From: Mobula birostris
Taxonomy: Eukaryota
Length of the DNA stretch: 32,428 bases
NCBI RefSeq assembly: GCF_030028105.1
Contig: NC_092402.1
Coordinates: 74,004,290-74,036,717, forward strand
Reading direction: 5' to 3'
In this document: positions 12,801-21,563 of the stretch, piece by piece
How positions within the stretch are numbered: the stretch's first letter is position 1
Layout of the letters: every line of letters starts with the position of its first letter
The notes under the pieces: model-generated
Told to the model about the DNA's origin: nothing
The model's input: the letters and a program-made list of their open reading frames with translations, nothing else
Database searches by the model: none
Translations under genes and position numbers: made by a program

Positions 12801-12917
12801 ACTTTTTGTTTCTACCCTCACTTTACACCCCTCTGCCTCTCTGCACTGGTTCCCATCCCCCTGTAGTGAACTAACCTCCTCACGCCTAGCCTCATTAATT
12901 TGATTTCCACCCCCCAA
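9885..12917 (-). CDS. CR1 ORF2 protein (APE endonuclease + reverse transcriptase)
   Basis: 1010 codons with no stop. EN motifs NARS, GITETW, YRPP, MGDFN, SDH; RT motifs QHGF, YLDFQKAFD, GVPQGSVLGP, FADD. The listed start is TTG, the frame is open from 12938, and the first in-frame ATG is at 12797. Confidence 0.95.
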   Translation of the reverse strand: MGGGNQINEARREEVSSLQGDGNQCREAEGCKVRVETKSTMEKSKSGRPTNPGQALKGATFQHNCIRAKRVVKERLKALCVNARSIRNKVDELKVQIVINDYDIVGITETWLQGDQGWELNVQGYSIFRRDRHEGRGGGVALLVKEEINAIERKDISREDVESIWVELRNTKGQKTLVGVVYRPPNSSSEVGDGIKQEIRNVCNKGTAVIMGDFNLHVDWLNQIGKGAEEEDFLECMWDGFLNQHVEEPTREQAILDWVLSNEEGLISNLVMRGPLGKSDHNMVEFFIKMESDIVNSETKVLNLKRGNFEGMRRELAKIDWQMTLKGLTVDMQWQAFKGCMDELQQMFIPVWQKNKSRKVVHPWLTREIRDSINSKEEAYKLARESDSPEDWEKFRVQQRRTKGLIRKGKKDYERKLAGNIKTDCKSFYRYVKRKRLVKTNVGPLQAETGELIMGSKDMADQLNNYFGSVFTKEDINNLPEIVGDRGSSEMEELSEIHVSREVVLGKLKGLKADKSPGPDGLHPRVLKEVAQEIVDALVIIFQNSLDSGLVPEDWRVANVTPLFKKGGREKPGNYRPVSLTSVVGKLLESVNKDVITAHLESGEMIGQSQHGFVKGKSCLTNLIEFFEDVTSRVDRGEPVDVVYLDFQKAFDKVPHRRLVCKLKAHGIGGKVLVWVESWLADRKQRVGINGTFSEWQAVTSGVPQGSVLGPQLFTIYINDLDEGIKCSISKFADDTKLGGSVSCEEDAKRMQGDLDRLGEWANSWQMQFNVDKCEVIHFGGKNRKTGYYLNGGRLGKGEVQRDLGVIIHQSLKVGMQVQQAVKKANGMLAFIARGCEYRSREVLLQLYKALVRPHLEYCVQFWSPNLRKDILAIEGVQRRFTRLIPGMAGLSYEERIDELGLYSLEFRRLRGDLIETYKILKGLDRLDAGRLFPMLGKSRTRGHSLRIEGTPFRTEIRKNFFTQRVVNLWNSLPQETVEASSLAIFKRELDMALVATGVRGYGGKAGAVF

Positions 12918-12922
12918 CCATT

Positions 12923-13126
12923 CTATTTTAAAGTCACCTCAGTAGCCCCCGCTAATCTCCCTGCCAGGATATTGGTCCCCCTAGGATTCAAGTGCAACCC
13001 GTCCTTTTTGTACAGGTCACGCCTGCGCCAAAAGAGGTCCCAATGATCCAAAAACTTGAATCCCTGCCCCCTGCTCCAATCCCTCAGCCACGCATTTATC
13101 CTCCACCTCATCGCATTCCTACTCCT
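12923..13126 (-). pseudogene. CR1 ORF1 C-terminus (SGNH esterase-like)
   Basis: INAWLRDW..FLDHW..YKKDGLHLN carries the DxxH catalytic motif and is homologous to 28990-29172. Confidence 0.9.
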
Positions 13127-13411
13127 AAATTCTCCAACTTCCAGTAATTCCCTCCCCCTCCCTTCCTCTATCCCTATGTCACTCTGCCCCCTCCCCCAGC
13201 TGCCTACCACCTCCCTCATGGTTCCGCCTCCTTCTACTACCCATTGTGCTTTCCCCTATTCCTTCTTCACCTTTCCTGCTTATCCCCTCCCTGCCTCCCC
13301 TCCCCCATCCCTTTATCTTTCCCCTTACTGGTTTTTCACCTGGAACCTACCAGCCTTCTCCTTCCCACCCTCTCCCCACCTTCTTTATAGGGCCTCTGCG
13401 CCTTCCCCCTA

Positions 13412-13449
13412 CAGTCCTGACGAAGGGTTCCGGCCCGAAATGTCAACTC
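13412..13449 (+). ncRNA. Minimal hammerhead motif in the inverted PLE repeat (stems partly decayed)
   Basis: CAGTC-CTGACGA-AGGGTTCCGGCCC-GAAA-TGTC-AACTC. The core is intact; stems I and III carry mismatches. Confidence 0.7.
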
Positions 13450-13805
13450 ATCGTTTCCACGGATGCTGCCCGACCTGCTGAGTTCCTCCAGTGTGTTGTA
13501 AGTGTTGCTTTGTTAATCACATGCCATGTGTCACAAGATCTCCCTCCTTCGTGGCCACAGGAACAATCAAGAACTCTGCTCATTCCCACCTCCCCCAAGT
13601 ATCAGGTCTATGGTCTTCAGGATTGTTAAGGAATGGGAGTTGAGGGATATGGTAAGAATGCTGCAGATACCACTGGGAAATGCAATAAGAAGCTTGGGAG
13701 AATGAGTTAAATGAATTACAGGTGAGATATTTAACTTCTTGGGCTTGATGTATTTACTTCTAATTGCATGGTATCTTCTGTTGTTTAACTTTTGGTTTAA
13801 CACAG

Positions 13806-13935
13806 GAAACTACATTGCACCAGGAACTACATCCACATGAACTTATTTATGTCCTTCATTCTGAGAGCCATCGCTGTGTTGATGAAGGATAGGGTGCTGT
13901 TTGACAATGGCTCTGACCAGTGCACCCTCTCCACG
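13806..13935 (+). CDS. Class B1 GPCR (VIP/PACAP/GHRH receptor group) exon: ICL1-TM2-ECL1
   Basis: cacag|G AAA CTA CAT..TCC ACG|gtaag, 130 bp, encoding (R)[43 protein letters not shown], the hallmark secretin-family motif. Confidence 0.96.
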
Positions 13936-14119
13936 GTAAGCAAGAGCTCACCATCCCCAGGTAAAGCCACCGTCACTATGTACAGAAACTTCATAGGCAA
14001 TTGCACAAGAGATCCTGTTCTTAGTACTCAGCTTAAATTAAAACAACAGAGAATCAAGGTCAGTTTTGTAATATTTGTTGTTCTGGTACGTGGAGCTTAG
14101 AAAAATAGAGGGCTATGGG

Positions 14120-14698
14120 CAGTCATCCCACCTCTCCTGGAAGTTCCGGGAGTCTCCCGCATATTAATAGTGGCTCCCTGATGCCCACAGATTATATAAA
14201 ATGTCCTGGAAATCAATTTTTTTGAGAGAGAAAGCAAGCGAGAGAGAGCGAGCACAAGAGAGACCACGAGAGTAAGAGAGACCACGAGAGCGAGAGAGCG
14301 AGCACGAGAGAGAGAGAGAGCGCGAGAGTGAGAGAGCGCGAGAGAGCCATGGCAGAGTGTTCCAAAAAACAAAAAGGTAAAATGTACATCACCCCAGACT
14401 ACACTAAAGTGTACCCCTGCCTAATAGGGGTCAAAAATAATGACAGTGTTGCTCGCTGCACTGTTTGCAACAGTGACTTTCTATTGCCCATGGTGGGTTA
14501 AAATGTAAAAGACATGTTGAGGTGAGTTTAACAGGTGCATTTGTTCATTAGCATAGCTAACGTTATTTAAACTAGCTGGCTAGCTGCTAAGGAGCTACTC
14601 TATTGCAGACATCCCGCCTCTCCCGGAAGTTCCGGGAGTCCCCCGCAAATTGCTGGTGCTGCCTCCCTGAAATGAGTTTTTGTAGGGTGGGATGTCTG
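14120..14698. mobile_element. Non-autonomous DNA transposon (MITE, possibly hAT-related) with 6-bp TSD
   Basis: 13-bp TIRs CAGTCATCCCACC / GGTGGGATGTCTG; TSD TATGGG 14114-14119 / TATAGG 14699-14704. The left ~60 bp is repeated at 14606-14669. Confidence 0.8.
14223..14346 (+). repeat. Degenerate (GA)n/GAGC microsatellite inside the MITE
   Basis: GAGAGAGAAAGCAAGCGAGAGAGAGCGAGC.. visible directly. Confidence 0.9.
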
Positions 14699-14947
14699 TA
14701 TAGGTAACCCTAGGTAATTTCTAAAGTAAGTACATGTTCGGCACAGCATTGTGGGCCGAAGGGCCTGTATTGTGCTGTAGATTTTCTATGTTTCCATGAT
14801 TTTTTTTTGTGTTTTCTATGAAACAGGAAACAGACATTAGAGATTGATACAACATCCTTTTCATTGTTTCTATTTACATTTTTCATCAAATACTTAGGCC
14901 ACACAGGATTAATTTCACAGAGTCTCCATCTCAAAGATACGGACTGG

Positions 14948-15200
14948 GCTTCTTCTTCTTGGGCGATCCCTCAGGGTCAAGGATTACTTGCCTCCACTCT
15001 GGTTTTGCTGCTTCTGAGGTGCCTGATGAGGGCAATGTGGACTCTCCCACAGATGGGAAGGGGTAGCCAAAGGAAACAGGGTAGTTTGTAAGGTGGTTCT
15101 TTTGTTCAACCACTTATGTAGGACCTCCATATGCCCCTGATGCATGGCCTATAGTTCTATATACCATAACAAATATTCTTTCTCTGCTTTGGGTAGAGAT
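14948..15200 (-). mobile_element. Probable degenerate RTE-family 3' end
   Basis: (CTT)n followed by GGGCGATCCCTCAGGGTCAAGGATTACTTGCCTCC resembles an RTE 3' terminus with a (GAA)n tail. The far boundary is uncertain. Confidence 0.4.
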
Positions 15201-16917
15201 ACTCTCAGAAGCCAGTGGGGACATTGCATGCTTTCAAGGAAGCTTTGAATCTTTTCCTGTAAATTCCTGGTAATTTCTTCCTTTGGCAGAACCCAGACTG
15301 CAACACCCATTTCAGGGCCCAGCAAGCTATTGTCATCTTGAGGCACTGGAGATGTATTACGGAACAATGTAAAATTTTCATACTGTACTGAAATGACTTT
15401 AATTGTGAACCCAGCAGCATATAGTTTTTAGGATCCAACATTGAGGAGGGAGGGAGCAGTTTAATTGGCGTCTGTGGGCACAAGTAATTGGGGAAGTTCA
15501 GGAAGTCAAGCTTCCAAAAAGGAAGTAGTACTGTCTCCCTGTTAGTTTAGAGAGGGAGTTCACTCATTGTCATTAAGTTGTACAACACAGAAGAAAGCCC
15601 ATTAGCCCATACTTGTCCATGCCAACCACGATTTATATTCATGCTTATCCTGTTTCCCAGCACTTGGCCCATAGCCCGCAAGGGGATTTTAGATAAGATG
15701 TAAGATATGGGAGCAGAATTAGGCCATTCGGCCTACCATGTCTGTTCCACCATTCAGTCGTCTTTTGCTTTTGGGAGTTTTTACTACATTAAAGTATACA
15801 ATACAAATGGCAGTGTGCCACGTTATTATTTTGCAATTGTGATTCACATTCTCCCATGAAACACACAACCACCAATGAATTTAGTTCTAAAATGAAACTC
15901 GGTATCTTTGTGGGATGAAAGTCTGCCTAATGCTCAGCTTCTTTGCTGCGATGGCTACAGATCAGGGTGACATGGAGGACGCAGAAAGTGACCTGAGTCA
16001 ACACTGCATGTGTTGGGGAGAAGAACACAGGACAGACAAAATTTTCGGTTTGTGCTCAATAAGATATACAGTATAAAAAAAGATATCCAGTTATCTGCCA
16101 AACTGAACTTTGACTCTGCAGTCTTTACACAGGAACGATGTTTTGGTGAAGCATAGCTCTTAATATAACTGACCCAGCTTCAGCACCAAATGCAGTGTCT
16201 GCATTTAACATTTTTTAAAATCTTTAATAATAAGCTGGAATTTCTCCCAGATAATGCCAACTCACTTAAAATATTGTGTCTTGGGATCCCTGATTTCTTG
16301 TGTAGGTCAAGGTCACTTGATTTGTAGGCCGTAGTCCTAAATTCAGTAAGGAGTGGATATCTCAGTTCATCCATGATTTCTGGTTCAGAAATACCTGGAT
16401 TTGATTTGATAACTAAGCATTTGCCTCCACATTAAACTTAGTGCTCAATAGACTTCAAATAGATGGGGACCAGCCAGTGCTTTATCACTTCCTTGCTTTT
16501 GTACCATCCACCATATAACTACAACCAATGATCCCACAAGGCTTTTCAGTAATCACCTCAACTTGTTCTGCTACCTTCCTAGATACGCTATTGGTTAATA
16601 CAGCTTCTCTTTTTCCTTCTGCCCTTTAACCATACCACTTAGTTCATTTTATCTCTACCCTCAAAATGTATTCACATTTCACATTCTCCACATTACATTT
16701 CATTTGCTGTGAGTTTGCCCATTTCAACAGTTTGTCATGTCTTCTTGAGGTCTGTCATTAATCCCCTCCCTGAATGCTGGGTTTCGTGTCATCTACCAAC
16801 TTTGAAATAAAGTCCGGGCTAACTAACTCCATGTATATCAATAACAGCAGTGATTCAGTAGGAGTCCTGGGAGCTCCCTATGTGCTCTCCACTGGTAAGA
16901 CACACAACCATTAATAA

Positions 16918-17440
16918 CACTGGAAAACAATTTTTTTTTTGGAAAATGCTGTTTCCTCAGAAATTTTTGTAGTTATGATAGACTGCTTGAAGCTCAACAC
17001 AAATATAATTTCAGACTTTTTGTATCATATAGGAATTTGGAGAAACAAGAAATTAACTTTTGTTGAATATAATGCATCTAATTGCATAGTGGTGCTGATC
17101 CTTTGCAATAGTTTAACTGAGCTAAAACTATTCTGTTGATGATTTTCATTTGTACTCAGTATCTGAGGCTTTTCACTTAAGTGTCCAACAATAATCAACC
17201 AGCATTGATGGATTCCAGTTGCCCTGATACCGGTTCTCCATGACTGCAATGTCCTGGTGAATCCTTTCACCATGCACGTCACTGACAGTGCCAAGATTTG
17301 CAGGGAAGAATTCTGAATGGGAATGCTGAAAACGAATCTTCAGTGACATGATGCATGTCATGGTTTTGAATGCTTGAAGCATGTTGTCAACCAGCTGCAT
17401 GTAGTTTGGTGCACTGAAATTTTTAACAACATCCTTGAAT
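16918..17440 (-). mobile_element. Chapaev3-like (CMC) DNA transposon, right end and transposase C-terminus
   Basis: Minus strand FKDVVKNF..MSLKIRFQHSHSEFFPANLGTVSDVHGERIHQDIAVMENRYQGNWNPSMLVDYCWTLK. The terminus CACTGGAAAACAA is preceded by TAA (TWA-type target). Confidence 0.7.
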
Positions 17441-18392
17441 GAAGTAGCTGGAGGGATTGTGGAGGTATTAATGATGATCTTTCAAGAATCAATAGATTCT
17501 GGCATTGTACCAGATGACTAGAAAATTTCAAATGTTACTCAGCTATTTAAGAAGGGTGGGAGGCAGCAGAAAGGAAACTTTAGACCTGTTAGCCTGACAT
17601 CAGTGGCTGGAAAGTTGTTGGAATTGATTGTTAAGGATGAGATTATGGAGTACCTGGAGGCACATGACAAGATAGGCCAAAGCCAGCATGGTTTCCTGAA
17701 AGGAAAATCCTGCCTGACAAACCTACTGCAATTTTTTGAGGAAATTACAAGCAGGGTAGACAAAGGAGATGCAGTTGATGTGGTGTACTTGGATTTTCGG
17801 AAGGCCTTTGACAAGGTGCCGCACGTGAGGCTGCTTGGAAAGATAAGAGCCCGTGGAATTACAGGGAAGTTACTAGCATGTGTGGAGCATTGACTGGTCG
17901 GCAGAAAACAGAGAGTGGGAATAAAGGGATCCTATTCTGGCTGGCTGCCGGTTACCAGTGGAGTTCCACAGGGGTCAGTGTTGGAACCGCTGGTTTTTAC
18001 GAGGTATGTCAATGATTTGGACTACAGTATTAATGGATTTTTGGCTAAATTTGCCAATGATACAAAGATAGGTGGATGAGCGGGTAGTGTTGAGGAAACA
18101 GGGAGACTTAGATAGTTCAGGGGACTGGGCAAGGAAGTGGCAAATGAAATACAATGTTGGAAAGTGTATAGTCATGCACTTTGGTGGAAGAAATAAACGG
18201 GCAGACTATTATTTAGATGGGGAGAGAATTCAAAATGTAGAGTTGCAAAGGGATTTGGGAGTCCTTGTGCAGGATACCCTAAAGGTTAACCTTTAGGTTG
18301 AGTCAGTGGTGAAGAAGGCAAATGCAATGTTGGCATTCATTTCTAGAGGTATAGAGTATAGGAACAGGGATGTGATCTGGAGGTATAGAATA

Positions 18393-19971
18393 CAGGTTTC
18401 CCCCGCTTTTTGAACGTTCACTTTACGAAACCTCAGTGTTACGAAAGACTGACATTAGTTCTCTGTTTTCGCTAACAGAAGGTGTTTTCACTGTTATGAA
18501 AAAAAAGCAGCGCGCGATAAAAGGCGGCGTGCACCCCGAGCAGCCGCTCTCCCCCAGATTCGGAACTGTATTCTAGTCGGCATTGCTTAAACATGTGCCT
18601 GTGAGCAGCCATTAGCAAGATGAGTTCTAAGATATCGGAAAAGCCTGAAAGAGCTTGTAAGGGTGTTACACTTAGCATAAAACTAGACATAATTAAGTGT
18701 TTTGATCGTGGTGAACGAAGTAAGGACAACGTGAGTTTGGCTTGTGGAAGCTGATGAACATGATGTCGAAGAAGTTTTGGCATCCCATTACCAAGAACTG
18801 ATAGATGAAGAGCTGATGCAATTGGAAGAGGAAAGGATAACAATCAAAACCGAATGCAGTAGCGAACTGAATGTGAAGCAACTGCATGAGATTTTCGCTG
18901 CAATGATAAAGTATGACTTTAATTTTAAAAGGGTACGTGGGTTCAGGGGATATTTGCAGGATGGTTTGAGTGCTTACAAAGAACTGTATGATAGAAAAAT
19001 TTGCGAGGCTCAGCAGTCAAACAAGCTTTCCACATCAGCCACAGCAGACAACGAACCTTGACATTCGACATCGAGGTGGGCAGTCATAGGAGAAGATGAG
19101 TTGCCTGCTCTACTGGAAACAGACGATGAGATGACACCCCAGTGTCCCACCACCCCAACTCCCGGGCCCCGGATAGATACCGATTCGCGGAGAATGCAGC
19201 GGTAGCCGGGACGCACCCAGCACATCCTTAAGAAAAAAGCCGAAATAAACATGCTAATTAATTAGGTGCCGCCCGACACGTAATTGTCAGCCCAGATCAG
19301 AGACGATGCAATCGGAAATCGGCATTGATCTGGGCCGACAATTACGTGCCGGGCGGCACCTAATTAATTAGCATGTTTATTTCGGCTTTTTTCTTAAAGA
19401 TGTACTGTGTGCCTCCTGGCTACCGCTGGATGCCTGCGTGCTTCACGTCAATGTATCGGTCGGCGGCCTGGAGGGTGGGATCCACTGCACCACCCAACCT
19501 GCAACGACTCAGTCTAACACACCATCATCAGTGTGCTCGGCGCTGAACCAATTCCGGTAAGTGATACATTATTTCTACTTTATATCGGCTGTGTATTTTT
19601 ACGTGTTATTTGGTATGATTTGGCAGCTTCATAGCTTAAAGGTTACCGGAGAGCGCTTGCACCGTGTTTTTGCCGATGGCGCTTGCGTGAGATTTTCACT
19701 ACGGAGAACAGTGCAATAATGATTGTGGAAAAGTATTTCTACTTTATATAGGCTGTGTATTTATCATATCATTCCTGCTTTTACTATATTTTACTGTTAT
19801 TTTAGGTTTTATTTGTTATTTGGCATGATTTGGTAAGTTATTTTTGGGTCTGTGAACGCTCACAAAATTTTCCCATATAAATAAATGGTAATTGCTCCTT
19901 TGCTTTATGACATTTCGGCTTACGAACCGTTTCATAGGAACGCTGTACCTTCGGATGGCTGGGGAAACCTG
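18393..19971 (+). mobile_element. Internally deleted Tigger/pogo DNA transposon
   Basis: TA TSD (18391-18392, 19972-19973); TIRs CAGGTTTCCCC / GGGGAAACCTG. ATG 18620 begins MSSKISEKPERACKGVTLSIKLDIIKCFDRGE (HTH start), which abuts the Tigger-like C-terminus DVEEVLASHYQELIDEELMQLEEE..YKELYDRK. No DDE core. Confidence 0.9.
19197..19428. repeat. Long palindrome, ~103-bp arms with a 26-nt spacer
   Basis: 19197-19299 is the reverse complement of 19326-19428, e.g. AAGAAAAAAGCCGAAATAAACATGCTAATTAATTAGGTGCCGCCCG / CGGGCGGCACCTAATTAATTAGCATGTTTATTTCGGCTTTTTTCTT. Confidence 0.95.
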
Positions 19972-20849
19972 TATAAGAGCAGGGATGTGATGTTGAGGCT
20001 CTATAAGGCACTCGTGAGACCACACTTGGAGTATTGTGTGCAGTTTTAGGCTCCTTATTTTAGAAAGGATATACTGACATTGGAGAGGGTTCAGAGAAGA
20101 TTCATGAGAATGATTTCAGGAATGAAAGGGTTACCGTATGAAGAACGTCTGGCAGCTCTTGGGCTGTATTCCCTGGAGTTCAGGAGAATGAGGGGGGAAT
20201 CTCATAGAAACATTCTGAATGTTAAAAGGCCTGAACAGATTAGATATGGCAAAGTTATTTCCCATGGTAGGGGAGTCCAGGACAAGAGGGCACGACTTCA
20301 GGATTGAAGGACGTCCATTTAGAACAGAGATGTGGAGAAATTACTTTAGTCAGAGGGTGGTAAATCTGTGGAATTTGTTGCCATGAGCGGCTGTGGAGGC
20401 CAAGTCAATGCGTGCATTTAAGGCAGAGATCGATAGGTTCCCGATTAGTCAGGGCATCAAAGGTTATTGGGTGAAGGCAGGGGAGTGGGGATGACTGGAA
20501 GAATTTGATCAGCCCATGATTGAATGGTGGAGCAGACTCAATGGGCTAAATGGCCTACTTCTGCTCCTATATCTTATGGTCTTATGGATATGGCAAGAAG
20601 GCAGGTGTATGGGGTTGAGTGAGATCCGGAATCAGCCATGATGGAATGGGCTAAATGGGCTAATTCTGCTCCTATGTCTTAGGGTCTTATGGTGTCCATT
20701 TAATCCTATGGGCTTCAGTTTTAATAGCTATTCTAACATGTGCGATTTTATCAAATACATTTGTAAATCCAAACATACAACTTCATCAGCACTCCCTCAT
20801 CTGGGCTCTCTGTTATCAAATTGCCTTCACCTTTTCCCAGAGCAGGAGT

Positions 20850-21160
20850 GCTTTACAGCACAGAAACAGGCCCTTCAGCCCACTAACCACCAACCACCAT
20901 TTACATCAATCCAGAACTAATGCTATTTGGTTCTCTCCACATTGCCATAATACCATCCAGGTTCTACCACTCACCGTCACCAGAGGCTACTTACTGTATC
21001 CAGTTAATCTACGCACCAGCCTGACCTTGGTGTGTGGAAACAAAAACGCACTGGGGAGAGCATGCAAAGATCTCACAGATGGCACCAAATGTCAGGATTG
21101 AACCTGGGTCACTTGAGCTTTGAAGCATTATCTCTACCAGCTGTGCCACCATGCCTGCCC
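20850..21160 (-). mobile_element. tRNA-derived SINE (HE1/V-SINE-like)
   Basis: The minus-strand head has an A box TGGCACAGCTGG and a B box GGTTCAATCC. The 3' end GGGCTGAAGGGCCTGTTTCTGTGCTGT is CR1-derived. Confidence 0.7.
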
Positions 21161-21516
21161 TTTTCTTGTCTCATTTTATAATATCAAGTTCAAATTCTAA
21201 ATTCTTGCCTTGGCTTTTTCAGTTTCTTGATGCAGAGTGAGTGAGACTTTAAGGCTTCATCAACACCTACTGAATTCTTACTGTCTTCTGAACAAACAGA
21301 ATTTTGCGTTACATCCACTTCTTCCTCTGTTTTACAGTTCTGTTGAAGACCACTTTCCACATTCCTCATTAGGGGCACTGAGATGCTTTCTCACGTTTAT
21401 GGCTATCTTTTTTTTTCACTGTATGCTCGCCAGCTCCACTGACGGAAGTGCGACTGACACAGGTAGCCATGTATTGGTTTGAAATTTCTGGGAGGTTCCT
21501 CAAGGAGCTTATTGAT

Positions 21517-21563
21517 ATAGTCATAGTAGTCATAGTCATACTTTATTGATCCCGGGGGAAATT
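21517..21563 (-). mobile_element. Extremely truncated Rex1-like 3' tail
   Basis: Near-identical to 5946-5985 (GTCATAGTCATACTTTATTGATCC.GGGGGAAATTG). Confidence 0.65.

Larger units (their letters stand above)
9793..13126 (-). mobile_element. CR1 LINE, 5'-truncated within ORF1, ORF2 intact
   Basis: (TTTCTATG)n tail at 9793-9810, short 3'UTR, full ORF2 and ORF1 C-terminus. It is inserted in the PLE inverted repeat, with AATT on both sides (9789-9792, 13128-13131). Confidence 0.95.
7994..13508 (-). mobile_element. Penelope-like element (Neptune-type), 5'-truncated, with inverted 3' repeat; later interrupted by a CR1
   Basis: Direct repeat TTTGTTAATCACAT at 7980-7993 and 13509-13522. The body 7994-~9617 is on the minus strand. 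An inverted copy of its 3' ~550 bp lies at ~9618-9792 + 13128-13512 on the plus strand. Confidence 0.92.
14084..14800 (+). mobile_element. CR1 3' end (14084-14119 + 14705-14800) split by a MITE
   Basis: Rejoined, it matches the 3' end at 31712-31836 (GAGGGCTATGGG|TAACCCTAGGTAATTTCTAA..GAAGGGCCTGTATTG..TTTCTATG). Confidence 0.85.
17441..20693 (+). mobile_element. Degenerate 5'-truncated CR1 (17441-18392 + 19972-20588) with a second CR1 3' end in tandem (20589-20693)
   Basis: QHGFLKGKSCLTNL, YLDFRKAFDKVPH, GVPQGSVL with stops and frameshifts; (TCTTATGG)n tails at ~20571-20588 and ~20678-20693. Confidence 0.9.

Noticed and set aside
12919-12925. TAGAATG stop-start coupling for ORF2
   Set aside because: This ATG is not in the ORF2 frame, closes after 8 codons, and is absent in the second CR1 (TAGAATT).
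12923-13219. 98-aa minus-strand ORF as a novel fusion gene
   Set aside because: Chance read-through from the antisense PLE repeat into the truncated CR1 ORF1 across the 13127 junction.
13837-14100. ORF-track proteins 13837-14100 and 25870-26088 as standalone genes
   Set aside because: They are GPCR exons reading on into introns past canonical GT donors.
15020-15050. CCTGATGAG as another hammerhead core
   Set aside because: No stem II plus GAAA box follows.
18341-18392. ~34-bp duplication next to the Tigger left end as a long TSD
   Set aside because: It is a local tandem duplication within the CR1. The transposon's TSD is the TA dinucleotide.
21095-21160. tRNA gene
   Set aside because: A and B boxes are present, but there is no complete cloverleaf and it is attached to a SINE body.
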